Shown in pieces: positions 19,845 through 29,351 of a DNA stretch of 64,000 nt. Location: the IMG/VR virus record IMGVR_UViG_3300000176_000001; one strand, written 5' to 3'. The DNA comes from a virus. The position numbers and the translations under genes were made by a program. Within the stretch, counting starts at the first letter, position 1, and each line of letters begins with the position of its first letter. The notes under the pieces were generated by a model. That model did no database searches. It had not been told where the DNA came from and saw only the letters and a list, made by a program, of their open reading frames with translations.

Positions 19845-22670
19845 TTAGAAGGTACCACCGTCAATTGTATCAGTATACGCTGGCAAGTTATTTTTAATCA
19901 TTAGAATCTGATCGTTAGCTGCTGCTATCGGAACAGATAGGGTTGTAAGAGTTGTTGTCGATTCTCCACCACCAGAGTAAGAACCGGAAGCAAATATAAT
20001 ATCACCGGCAAGATATGTAGACAATCCAGTACCACCGGAGTTAGCAGGTAGAGCAGAGTCAAGATGTAAAGTATTTGCAGCAATTGCTACGTTAACTGTG
20101 CTATTTGCAGTAATTGTTACGTTTGTAGCATTAGCTGCAAATCCTGCGCCACCAGCAATTCCTGTATCAAGATAAGCTAATAGAGTAGATAGATTATATC
20201 CACCAGTTTGATCCACAACATATGGTGATGTCATTCCCGGTTCTGTATTTGTTGAATACAGGTGATACACAGCGTGTGTAGCATCTCCGAGAGTATGATC
20301 ACGGAATAGACCAGAGTAGTAAGTTGTATTAGCTACATTATATTGACCATAGAAACCAAAGTCAATTAGATCGGCTGCATTATTTGATGCTAGCTTAAGA
20401 TTAACATCTGCTATAGCTACTTGTGTAGTGTCAATGGTTGTGAGAGTACCCTGAACTGTCAAGTTACCTGTAATAGTAGCATCACCACTAACACCAAGAG
20501 ATGTAGCGTTAATAGTAACAGCATTAATCACAGAGCCTGGGCCCATATAGAGGCCAAGACTATTAGCAGTTAGATTACCATTTATAGTAAACGATGAAGC
20601 ATTTATAGTGCCATTAGCATAGATATTTGATATTGTAATTGCAGTAGAGTTTACAAATGTGTTAACAGTTGAGTTACCTACACTAAATGTATTGCTTACG
20701 CTTACGTCTACGGAAGATCCATAGCTTATCTCTTTTGTACTTGGATTATAGTAGAGGAAAGAGCTAGTCGACTGATTACGAATAGGATCTACGAAGAAAC
20801 CAGAAGTTGTAGAGTCAAGTTGTGTTCCGTTTGCATTCAAGATAATTGAATTATTACTCTGGTTACTTACACCAGACATATAACCAATTGCAATTGAGTA
20901 ATTACCTTGATTTTGTTGGCCAGCATAACGTCCTAGTGCAATACCACCTGGTGATTGACTAGTCTGACCAGCACGATGACCGATAGCTACTGAGTCTTGT
21001 CCTTGACCATCTTGACCAGCAGAACGCCCGATAGCTACTGCCTTAATACCCTGACTATTAGCACCAGCATAGTAACCCACAGCTACTGCGCGTTCGCTCT
21101 GTGAGTTTGAACCTGCATAGTAACCAATGGCTACTGCTTGATAAGACTGATTTGCAGCTGCAGCAGAAGTACCTATGGCAACTCTATCACTATTTGTATT
21201 AGTTTCATCCATTCCAGTGCCGATTATGACACTTGTATTTCCATCATAGATTATAGTATTAGATGTAGTTAATTCATATTTTACGGTCTTAAGTTTACCT
21301 ATTGTATAGTCAAATGTTAAGTTTGCATCAGATGATAAATCTGTTCCATTATTATATTGTACATAGGTATTTGAACCAGAGACTGCAGACACATTTGCCC
21401 AGTATATAGCACTACCATTGCTGTGTAGAGCTTGACCATCATTACCATATGATCCATTCGCAGCGATAGCTAGAGTATTAATAGTTCCATTTACTGTCAG
21501 AGTATTAGATGTTACATCAAAAGTTAAGCTAGGATTACCATTGGCATATCCATCTTGATTAAATGTAAGCTCTGTATTTGCTCCAGCAGCTCCAGCTGCA
21601 GGATTATCCCAATAAAGAGCAGAACCATTACTATGAAGAATATAACCATTAGAACCAGTAGATCCGTTTGCGTATATACCGGTTGTAAATGTTGCGGTTC
21701 CATTAACAGTAAATGTAGCTAGACTTGTATCAGTCGTTGCAATTGCTACATTACCAGTAGAATCGAAGCGCATGCGCTCATTAGCAGCCATGAGACCGCC
21801 AGTAAAGATAACAACATTGCTGCTAGTAGTATTTGTACCAATAGCAAGAGCAGCATTTCCAGTATAGATATAACCGGTTGATGCGGGTGTTATTGTAGAA
21901 CTTGCATTTGCATATGTAGAACTGGTAATACCCATATCGATAAAGGTATTATATGATGTATCATCATTATATGCTACCCAGTCAGCTGAAGCTTCATCAC
22001 CAGTATTTGCGTTTTGTATGGTTGCCTGGATATAATTATTCTGGTTACCTATATTTTCTTGTGTTGCCTGGAGGTCAGTGATATATCCAGTCTTTACATA
22101 AGAAGATGTATTACCTACTCTCAATGTTCCAAGAACATTGTCATAGATCATATTTGGGGCACCAGCAATCGTATTGAAGCCTGACGACTGGTCATTATAC
22201 TGAATGGCTCCATTTGAGCCAGATGATGGGGCACCGTTTGCGTATACACCACCCGAGAGGATCGATGTCTGAACATAATGTGCGATCGCGTTAGCCGTTA
22301 CGAGCTCATTGTTTCCTTGAAGTGTACCGAGTACTGTATTTGAGTAGTTAGAGTCAGATACCGAGTTAACCAACACATATGTTGGACTATCCATCGTGGC
22401 GCCAATAACTAAACCGGAGGTATACGTATTTGAAATAAATCCGTTACCATCTAGAATTATAGCTGAATTAACAGTTAAGTTACCAACGGATGCTCTATCC
22501 AGGTATGAGAATTTTTGTCCACCAATCTTAAATGCTGTAGATCCTACACCAGTTTGAGCACCAATATAGAGTACATTTGCGGCATAGGAATAGGCTAACT
22601 CACCACTTGTTAGTGTATTGGCCGGTGTTGGATTCGTATTACTTCTTCTAATCTGGATATAATTGGCCAT
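19845..22670 (-). CDS. Fibre protein with Mtd_N-like N-terminus and YadA-head-like repeats
   Basis: YIQIRRS...GELAYS N-terminus; about 7 x 16-aa Qxxx(A/S)(V/I)A(I/V)GxxAG repeats (about 20880-21200); ends IDGGTF. Confidence 0.8.
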   Translation of the reverse strand: MANYIQIRRSNTNPTPANTLTSGELAYSYAANVLYIGAQTGVGSTAFKIGGQKFSYLDRASVGNLTVNSAIILDGNGFISNTYTSGLVIGATMDSPTYVLVNSVSDSNYSNTVLGTLQGNNELVTANAIAHYVQTSILSGGVYANGAPSSGSNGAIQYNDQSSGFNTIAGAPNMIYDNVLGTLRVGNTSSYVKTGYITDLQATQENIGNQNNYIQATIQNANTGDEASADWVAYNDDTSYNTFIDMGITSSTYANASSTITPASTGYIYTGNAALAIGTNTTSSNVVIFTGGLMAANERMRFDSTGNVAIATTDTSLATFTVNGTATFTTGIYANGSTGSNGYILHSNGSALYWDNPAAGAAGANTELTFNQDGYANGNPSLTFDVTSNTLTVNGTINTLAIAANGSYGNDGQALHSNGSAIYWANVSAVSGSNTYVQYNNGTDLSSDANLTFDYTIGKLKTVKYELTTSNTIIYDGNTSVIIGTGMDETNTNSDRVAIGTSAAAANQSYQAVAIGYYAGSNSQSERAVAVGYYAGANSQGIKAVAIGRSAGQDGQGQDSVAIGHRAGQTSQSPGGIALGRYAGQQNQGNYSIAIGYMSGVSNQSNNSIILNANGTQLDSTTSGFFVDPIRNQSTSSFLYYNPSTKEISYGSSVDVSVSNTFSVGNSTVNTFVNSTAITISNIYANGTINASSFTINGNLTANSLGLYMGPGSVINAVTINATSLGVSGDATITGNLTVQGTLTTIDTTQVAIADVNLKLASNNAADLIDFGFYGQYNVANTTYYSGLFRDHTLGDATHAVYHLYSTNTEPGMTSPYVVDQTGGYNLSTLLAYLDTGIAGGAGFAANATNVTITANSTVNVAIAANTLHLDSALPANSGGTGLSTYLAGDIIFASGSYSGGGESTTTLTTLSVPIAAANDQILMIKNNLPAYTDTIDGGTF

Positions 22671-22685
22671 CTAATGTTCCTTTTT

Positions 22686-22883
22686 TTAAAAAGCCCCGCC
22701 GTCCAGTACTATGACTTTCAGGTCTATAATCTTTACCTCGTATTTATTAGTTTGCGCATTCCAAACAAGGCAGGAACCATCTGGTGGATTATTCTCTGAT
22801 ACATCACGTAGTTCGTGTACATATTTGTGTTTTACTTGGTTAGTAGTTGTTATTTTTGCAGTTTGTCCATCTACCTCTGCCAT
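22686..22883 (-). CDS. Small structural protein ending LDGGAF
   Basis: ELRDV...DGSCLVWNAQTNKYE; paralog of the neighbouring 87-aa ORF. Confidence 0.7.
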   Translation of the reverse strand: MAEVDGQTAKITTTNQVKHKYVHELRDVSENNPPDGSCLVWNAQTNKYEVKIIDLKVIVLDGGAF

Positions 22884-22892
22884 AGGTTTCCC

Positions 22893-23156
22893 CTAAAAAG
22901 TACCCCCATCTAAGATCTGATTTGATATCTCGATCGGTTTTATCTCATATTTATTAGTGTTTGCATTATAAACTAGTGTAGCTCCTTGAACTAAATCGGT
23001 CTCTACAACATCCATTAAATTATGAATATAATCCTGCACGACTGGAGTAGTCTTTAGGGATGTGGCCTGCTGAGCAGCCCCGGAAGCCGTTGCAGTCAAA
23101 GATGCCGTATTTGCTCTGATTGCCGGTGCAGCTGTAGCTATTCTTACCTGTACCAT
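22893..23156 (-). CDS. Small structural protein ending LDGGTF
   Basis: NLMDV...GATLVYNANTNKYE...ILDGGTF. Confidence 0.7.
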   Translation of the reverse strand: MVQVRIATAAPAIRANTASLTATASGAAQQATSLKTTPVVQDYIHNLMDVVETDLVQGATLVYNANTNKYEIKPIEISNQILDGGTF

Positions 23157-23166
23157 ACTTTACTCT

Positions 23167-23514
23167 TTAAGGTGTATTTGCATAGTCAGATAAAGATGTT
23201 ACCTTAGGTGTAACTGTTATGACTCCTTCGATAACGCGAGTAACTGCATTAGCATGATCGACAAGAGCTAGATCATACACGTATCTTCCAGGATCTAATA
23301 AATCAGTTTGATCTGGTGTTAAAGATAAATTTACTGCTCCAAGAGTTAATGTGACATTAAAATTAGTATGTGCAACAGAGCTATACCATTTTCTAATCTG
23401 GGCATATCCAGAATAAGCAGTCAAGTCCAATGGATTATTTGCCGCGTCGGACATTGCAATCGACGTACTAAACGACGTTCCTTGGTCGATAGTTATGTTG
23501 GCTTTCATTGCCAT
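23167..23514 (-). CDS. Small virion structural protein (Ig-like adaptor)
   Basis: ANITIDQGTSFS...GRYVYDL...RVIEGVITVTP family of T4-like aquatic phages. Confidence 0.75.
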   Translation of the reverse strand: MAMKANITIDQGTSFSTSIAMSDAANNPLDLTAYSGYAQIRKWYSSVAHTNFNVTLTLGAVNLSLTPDQTDLLDPGRYVYDLALVDHANAVTRVIEGVITVTPKVTSLSDYANTP

Positions 23515-23526
23515 GGGCTTTTATCC

Positions 23527-26517
23527 TTATTCGTGTACTATAGAAGTTTTAGTAAATTTTACAACAGCTGCAGATTGAGCTACGTTAGCATATAGTCTTA
23601 TATTACCACTATCCACATTTGCACTAAATGTAGCAAGTTGACCGGCGGCAGTATTTGTGAAGAATATACCATACTCAGTGGTATATGCAACTGTTCCATT
23701 ATGAATCATTAATATCTTAGATATTTGTTGATTATTTGTTGTAGCGTCAGATACCTGTATAAGATAGTCTGCAGATCTATAAGCCGATGTAGCAACATTA
23801 TCAACTAAATTATCACCAATAGCTGGGAATCCAGACACTGTATTTGAGACAGTATATCCAATTCCATTTGTTATTACAAAATTGTTTGATACGAAATTAT
23901 TTGCCAAGATATTTTTGTTAAATGTTCCAATTCCAGATACAGTCAAAGTATTACTAAATGACACCGAGTTAGTAACTGTTAATTGATTAGCAAAGTCGCC
24001 ACCAAGAGCAGATATAGCAAATCTATTAGTATTATTTCCAAGTGTAAATGAGTTGCTCGTTGGTATGATGCTTCCGGCTATATTAGCAGTAAAGGATAGG
24101 TTTCCCTTAACTACTAGATCATTTTCAATTGTCATACTTCCAGCTATATTAGCATAACTTGTTACTCCTAGTGTTCCAGTTATATTAGCAGATTGATTCA
24201 TCTGCATATGTCCTGTAACAGTTAAAGTATTAGATAGTGTTACTGCATTTGTAACGCTAAGAGTATTACCGAGTACAACTGCGCCGGTGAGTGTCAGTGT
24301 ATTAGAGAATGTTGCCGCTCCAGTTAATGCCAATGAATTTGCAAATGAAACTGCATTATTAAAGGACATGCTGGTTGTGTTAATATTAAGAACAGATCCT
24401 ACAGAGAATGTTGCAGTGTTTATAGTTCCAGTATGGTATATCCCTAGTGTATTTGATACCATATTTGGCGCAATAGTATAAGAAGCAGCATTTATAGTAA
24501 CATTAGTTCCATTTAATAAAGCATTTGTAGAATTAATAGAACTCACACTGATGTATGTTGTATTATTAGCACCAAGATTTAGAGTACCGTTTGTATTATT
24601 AGGTGTAATATAACCATTTGTGCCATCACCAATTATAGCAAGATTATTAGCAAATATCTGACCAGAATTACTCCATATAGAGCCAAGAGCTCCTACATTT
24701 CCCTCAACTCTTAGTTTATCAACTATAGCCGGTGAATTATTTCCAATACCAACCCAACCAATAACATTCATATTATTTGATAATGATGTGTTACCTATAA
24801 TATTAACCGTATTAGAGAAATTAGCTGTGTTTGTTACAGTTAATGTATTTGCTAGTGTGACTTCACCAACAACTAGAAGAGTATTTGATAAGATAGCATT
24901 TCCAGTAACTAGTATTGTATTTGCTAGTGTAGTATTTCCTGTAATAAAAAGAGTATTTGAGAACATTACTGAATTTGTTACTGATAGAGTATTTGAGAGT
25001 GTAGCAGCACCTGTAACAGCTAAAGTATTAGACAGCAAAGTACTTCCAGTAACTAAAAGTGTATTAGATAAAGTAGCATTCCCAACGACTACTAAAGTAT
25101 TAGATAGAGTAGTATTACCAGCTACCGCCAAAGTATTAGACATAATAGTAGAATTAGTTACAGAAAGAGTATTTGATAGTGATGCAGCTCCAACAACTAA
25201 TAAAGTATTTGATAGTGTTGTAGCATTTGTTACACTCAAAGTATTTGATAGTGATGCAGCTCCAACTACGGCTAAAGTATTTGATAGTGATGCAGCTCCA
25301 ACAACTAATAAAGTATTTGATAGTGTTGTAGCATTAGTAACAGCTAGTGTATTTGATAGTGATGCAGCTCCAACAACTAATAAAGTATTTGATAGTGTTG
25401 TAGCATTAGTAACTGCTAGTGTATTCGATAGCACAGTTGCATCTGACACATTAAGAGTACTGTATAGCGTGGCAGCCCCAATTACTACAAGCGTATTAGA
25501 TAGAGTTGTGTTTCCAGTGACAAGAAGGGTGTTAGCAAGCGTACTATTTCCAATAACATAGAGTGTATTAGATAGAGTTGTGTTTCCAGTGACAAGAAGG
25601 GTGTTAGCAAGCGTACTATTTCCAATAACATAGAGTGTATTAGATAGTGTAGTCGAATTAGTTACTGCAAGCGTATTAGACAGTGTTGTAGCATTAGAAA
25701 CAGATAGTGTATTTTGTAATGTCACTGCGCCGACCACATGCATGACATTTGAGAAAGTAGCATTTCCCAATACGGCAATTGTATTTCCACCAGTTATAGC
25801 ACCACCGATATAAACATTGCTAGATATATTTGCTGATCCTGTTACTGCAAGAGTTGCATCAGGATTTGTATTTTTAATACCAACGTTTGCTCCAGCAGTA
25901 ATACGCATAACTTCACTAGAAGAGAATGTTCCATTTGTAAAGAAGTTAATATAGTTATTACTTGCAACACCGATTGATAAGTTAGTATTACCAGTATACA
26001 GATACCCGTCAGATGGTCCATTGATCGACCATTGACTATTAGACCAATTATTGCTATTAATTCCAAGATCTATATAATTATTTGCTTGAATTCCATAAGT
26101 GTCATAAAGTGCAAGGTCTATGGAAGCACTACTTCCAGCATTAATATTATTTAAAGCAACTTCACCATAATTATTTGCATTTGTAAATGCTGCTAATATA
26201 GTTTGATTTCCTGGTAACCAGCCTGCTACAACATTAACCGTAGAGTTTCCAATACTCGCAGTAGCATTGATAGTAACATTTGACGTTATTGTTAGAACAT
26301 TATTAACTGTAAGATTACCACCAGATAAGGTATTAACAAATATGCTGTTAGATCCAAATATACCATTAACAAAAGCATTACCAGTCGTAACTGATCCTCC
26401 TAGACTAGCGTCAGTGGTGACAGTGTTTACGCTGATGATTTGGGTCATATAATTTGTGACTTGAAGCCACGCGCCAAACGTCTGGGTATTAGCTACCGGT
26501 GATACCTGAATCGCCAT
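23527..26517 (-). CDS. Fibre/structural protein with a long 12-aa repeat shaft
   Basis: More than 25 copies of (T/S)LSNTLxVxG/Nxx; C-terminal YRSADYLIQV...ILMIHNGTVAYTTEYG domain. Confidence 0.8.
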   Translation of the reverse strand: MAIQVSPVANTQTFGAWLQVTNYMTQIISVNTVTTDASLGGSVTTGNAFVNGIFGSNSIFVNTLSGGNLTVNNVLTITSNVTINATASIGNSTVNVVAGWLPGNQTILAAFTNANNYGEVALNNINAGSSASIDLALYDTYGIQANNYIDLGINSNNWSNSQWSINGPSDGYLYTGNTNLSIGVASNNYINFFTNGTFSSSEVMRITAGANVGIKNTNPDATLAVTGSANISSNVYIGGAITGGNTIAVLGNATFSNVMHVVGAVTLQNTLSVSNATTLSNTLAVTNSTTLSNTLYVIGNSTLANTLLVTGNTTLSNTLYVIGNSTLANTLLVTGNTTLSNTLVVIGAATLYSTLNVSDATVLSNTLAVTNATTLSNTLLVVGAASLSNTLAVTNATTLSNTLLVVGAASLSNTLAVVGAASLSNTLSVTNATTLSNTLLVVGAASLSNTLSVTNSTIMSNTLAVAGNTTLSNTLVVVGNATLSNTLLVTGSTLLSNTLAVTGAATLSNTLSVTNSVMFSNTLFITGNTTLANTILVTGNAILSNTLLVVGEVTLANTLTVTNTANFSNTVNIIGNTSLSNNMNVIGWVGIGNNSPAIVDKLRVEGNVGALGSIWSNSGQIFANNLAIIGDGTNGYITPNNTNGTLNLGANNTTYISVSSINSTNALLNGTNVTINAASYTIAPNMVSNTLGIYHTGTINTATFSVGSVLNINTTSMSFNNAVSFANSLALTGAATFSNTLTLTGAVVLGNTLSVTNAVTLSNTLTVTGHMQMNQSANITGTLGVTSYANIAGSMTIENDLVVKGNLSFTANIAGSIIPTSNSFTLGNNTNRFAISALGGDFANQLTVTNSVSFSNTLTVSGIGTFNKNILANNFVSNNFVITNGIGYTVSNTVSGFPAIGDNLVDNVATSAYRSADYLIQVSDATTNNQQISKILMIHNGTVAYTTEYGIFFTNTAAGQLATFSANVDSGNIRLYANVAQSAAVVKFTKTSIVHE
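25493..25647. repeat. Perfect 72-bp tandem duplication within the 12-aa repeat shaft
   Basis: Unit gtattagatagagttgtgtttccagtg...catagagt starts at 25493 and 25565; related near-identical units at about 25170-25410. Confidence 0.95.
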
Positions 26518-26520
26518 GAA

Positions 26521-26736
26521 TTATGTTCTTCCTAGTAGTGTTGTTAACATACTCTTTATGTCTTCTATGTCACTCTTAATATGATCATGTTCCATGACTA
26601 TATTATGGAGTTTCATTCTAAAATCTCTCTCTTCTTTATATTTATTAAGAGATCCAGCATCTTTATTTAATATAGCCTTGTTTCTAGGATCTCTGACCAG
26701 TTCTTTATGATCCTTTACTTTAAGATATTCAGTCAT
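26521..26736 (-). CDS. Conserved small T4-like phage protein
   Basis: YLKVKDHKELVRDPRNKAILN motif, typically found after the VrlC-like gene. Confidence 0.75.
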   Translation of the reverse strand: MTEYLKVKDHKELVRDPRNKAILNKDAGSLNKYKEERDFRMKLHNIVMEHDHIKSDIEDIKSMLTTLLGRT

Positions 26737-26737
26737 T

Positions 26738-29272
26738 TTACACCTGTAAAGCTAAGCATCTCATATCTGCCATTCGTGGAACTATATATGCATATGAGGA
26801 AACCGGAGCTATCTTCAAAGCAAAAGTTTTAAATCCATCATAGACTATGTCATTACGGGAAACATATCTAGATATACCATTATTCATTGTATATGAGAAA
26901 ACGGCCGAGCGATCTTCTATTCCAGGTATAATTCCTATATCTGCATTACTTGATATAAACGTAGGAGCATCTTCTAGAGTTAAAGCTGTGGCATTTGTCA
27001 CAGAAGATATCTGCCTAACAATAAACGTATTACTTGATGTATTATAAAGATAAACAAAGTCTCCATTAGAGAATTGTGATGTAGTTGTCATAGTGATCGT
27101 ATTAGAGGTAATATTGCAAGAAACTTCATTTGATAAAACAATTTGGCTAGATGGTAAACCATACTCCAGTTCTACTAGATCATTGATGTTTACGCTACTA
27201 CTTAATAAAGCCGGAGAAGATAACTCAGTCATTCTACTCCATATTTGATTATTAAATAGTATTGTATCTTGATTGTTTACTACTTTACAATATACTTTAA
27301 AATCAGTATATTGTGGTCTATATGCTGCCATATAACTCTTGAAATCTTCTGCATCTTGACCTTCTGCTAGAATAACACTCTTAGAGATATATCTAGATGC
27401 ATTTGGAACAACATTACCGCTATATTTCTCATGTAGATGTGTAGAAGATATAGCAAGAGCATTAATATTATTATTAGAGGTAGCGTATATTGAATACCCA
27501 CTATTAAATGGACCAGATATATTGACTATAGTCATAGCATCTCTATTATCATTTAATATTGTACCAGTAACAATAGCTGTACCATTCGATTGAGACACAC
27601 TATCGCCTCGACTAAATAAGCCAGTTGCATTAGTGTAGTCTAACCTAAATCCGCTGGTCATATATATTGGCACAGTAGAATTTCTAGTTGTTATAAGATA
27701 AGCAGATGAAGCATCTATAACTGGTGATATTTTATTATTAGATGTATTAATATCTGCAAATAGATGTGTTGTGTAAATATTAGAGTATGAAGTTATTTCA
27801 ATACTTCTTGATCTAATCGATCTAGCTTTATCTTTAAACTGTGTAGCTTGATTTTTATAAACTGCTGTAGGTACTGGATCATCATCTCCATTTATACCCT
27901 TACCTTTAAATGTTAAATCTACTGCTCCTGATTTAATATCATTATAATTTATTTGAGGAACTACAGAGTGATATATAATATTTGTAGCGCCTATGATATA
28001 TGCAGATGCTTGAGAATGAAATCCAACTATATATTGAGTAGATACATTAGTAAAATTTGAAGTTCCATTTGATGTAGGGTTAGTTATAGTAATAGTTCTA
28101 ACATCAGAAAGTTGAGCATTAGTGCCATAATAATTACCATATAGATTTAGTCCATCTCCTCTTATTGGACCTATAATCGCATTAGTATCTGTAAAAGTCA
28201 CATTCATGGATTTAATCGTATCATCACCAACAGGATTATGCAATTTTATATTTGTAGAGAAAGAAGTAGAGTTAATTATAGTATTAACCATTAAAACATC
28301 TGTTACAGATCTTGAATTTGTAGCTATATAAATTGATTGATTAGCGTAAAATAAATTTGCTGTTGTATTACCAATAAATGGAACAACTACGGTCGAGTTA
28401 GAGTATGTTATAACATTTTGTGATACATATGAGACTATAGCATTAGCACCGCTTGTATCTCCCATTGCTTGATACGAAGTAGTCCATGATCCTGTAGAAT
28501 TTGTTATTAATATTTGAGACGTATTAGCAGAGTATATCACACCAGTAGCAGTATTTGCTGTGCCATTACTCTGGTATATGTTCTCCCCAATATTAAATAT
28601 GCCAACATTTGATCCTATAGATAACGCAGCCAATGAGAATATTCCATTAGTGACAAAAGCTTTTTCTCCCTGTATAAAGTTTCCGATTATATTTTTAATA
28701 ACCAGTGGCTCTTGATCCATGACCCTAAATGCAGCTTTACCTGAAGTGTATATAAAATCTGCAGTGTATAGTGTAAATTTAATATCTTCACTCTGTACAG
28801 CTGTAAATTGTATATCATTTGATGATAGGAATAATGTTCCAGTATCATTATTTGTCGCGATGGGTACAAGTACACTAGCGGTTGATGTTGTCACATCATT
28901 CATTCCAATCTCTGCAGTCCAAACTGTATAGTCAGGATTACCACCTATAGGAATAATAATTAGAGCATAAGATGTTTGAGATTGAAGAACTACCGGTGTT
29001 CTAAATGAAAATTTAGTTGGCTTGTCTGCTTTAGCTGAAGATACTATTATTGGATCCCCATTACTATATTGATCCGTCACTTGTAAAACACAACTGGCAT
29101 ATGGTAACATATTATTAGTTGGATTTCCATTCTCAGTAGTTCTTATCTGAAGTTCTACACCATAAATCGCACTAACAGATTCAAAATATATATCGACCGC
29201 GGTGAGGATAACACCCTCAACGCCGCCTGACGGTTCATTTACATAGAAAGTCTGTGCAATTGGTTTAGTCAT
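26738..29272 (-). CDS. VrlC/DUF4815-like baseplate-associated protein, C-terminal half
   Basis: Begins PIAQTFYV...GVILTAVDIYF; contains QSEDIKFTLY and RYISK; ends F..FALKI...VPRMADMRCLAL. Confidence 0.8.
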   Translation of the reverse strand: MTKPIAQTFYVNEPSGGVEGVILTAVDIYFESVSAIYGVELQIRTTENGNPTNNMLPYASCVLQVTDQYSNGDPIIVSSAKADKPTKFSFRTPVVLQSQTSYALIIIPIGGNPDYTVWTAEIGMNDVTTSTASVLVPIATNNDTGTLFLSSNDIQFTAVQSEDIKFTLYTADFIYTSGKAAFRVMDQEPLVIKNIIGNFIQGEKAFVTNGIFSLAALSIGSNVGIFNIGENIYQSNGTANTATGVIYSANTSQILITNSTGSWTTSYQAMGDTSGANAIVSYVSQNVITYSNSTVVVPFIGNTTANLFYANQSIYIATNSRSVTDVLMVNTIINSTSFSTNIKLHNPVGDDTIKSMNVTFTDTNAIIGPIRGDGLNLYGNYYGTNAQLSDVRTITITNPTSNGTSNFTNVSTQYIVGFHSQASAYIIGATNIIYHSVVPQINYNDIKSGAVDLTFKGKGINGDDDPVPTAVYKNQATQFKDKARSIRSRSIEITSYSNIYTTHLFADINTSNNKISPVIDASSAYLITTRNSTVPIYMTSGFRLDYTNATGLFSRGDSVSQSNGTAIVTGTILNDNRDAMTIVNISGPFNSGYSIYATSNNNINALAISSTHLHEKYSGNVVPNASRYISKSVILAEGQDAEDFKSYMAAYRPQYTDFKVYCKVVNNQDTILFNNQIWSRMTELSSPALLSSSVNINDLVELEYGLPSSQIVLSNEVSCNITSNTITMTTTSQFSNGDFVYLYNTSSNTFIVRQISSVTNATALTLEDAPTFISSNADIGIIPGIEDRSAVFSYTMNNGISRYVSRNDIVYDGFKTFALKIAPVSSYAYIVPRMADMRCLALQV

Positions 29273-29297
29273 TTATCCCTCTAATCTTAATTTTAAA

Positions 29298-29305
29298 TAT
29301 TTATT
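29298..29305 (-). promoter_or_regulatory. Late promoter variant (AATAAATA) between the two VrlC-like halves
   Basis: In the 79-bp gap, followed by AGAGGG RBS and ATG at 29272. Confidence 0.6.
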
Positions 29306-29351
29306 CTATAAAAAACACACAATTATGTATTATCTTCTATTTTCATCGTAC

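Noticed and set aside
16766-22670. Diversity-generating retroelement suggested by Mtd_N-like domains
   Set aside because: No reverse transcriptase and no TR/VR pair with adenine-specific mismatches seen; the duplications found differ at synonymous positions
24788-25561. 257-aa plus-strand ORF and other antisense ORFs over the fibre genes
   Set aside because: Shadow frames produced by repetitive coding on the opposite strand; no RBS or independent motifs
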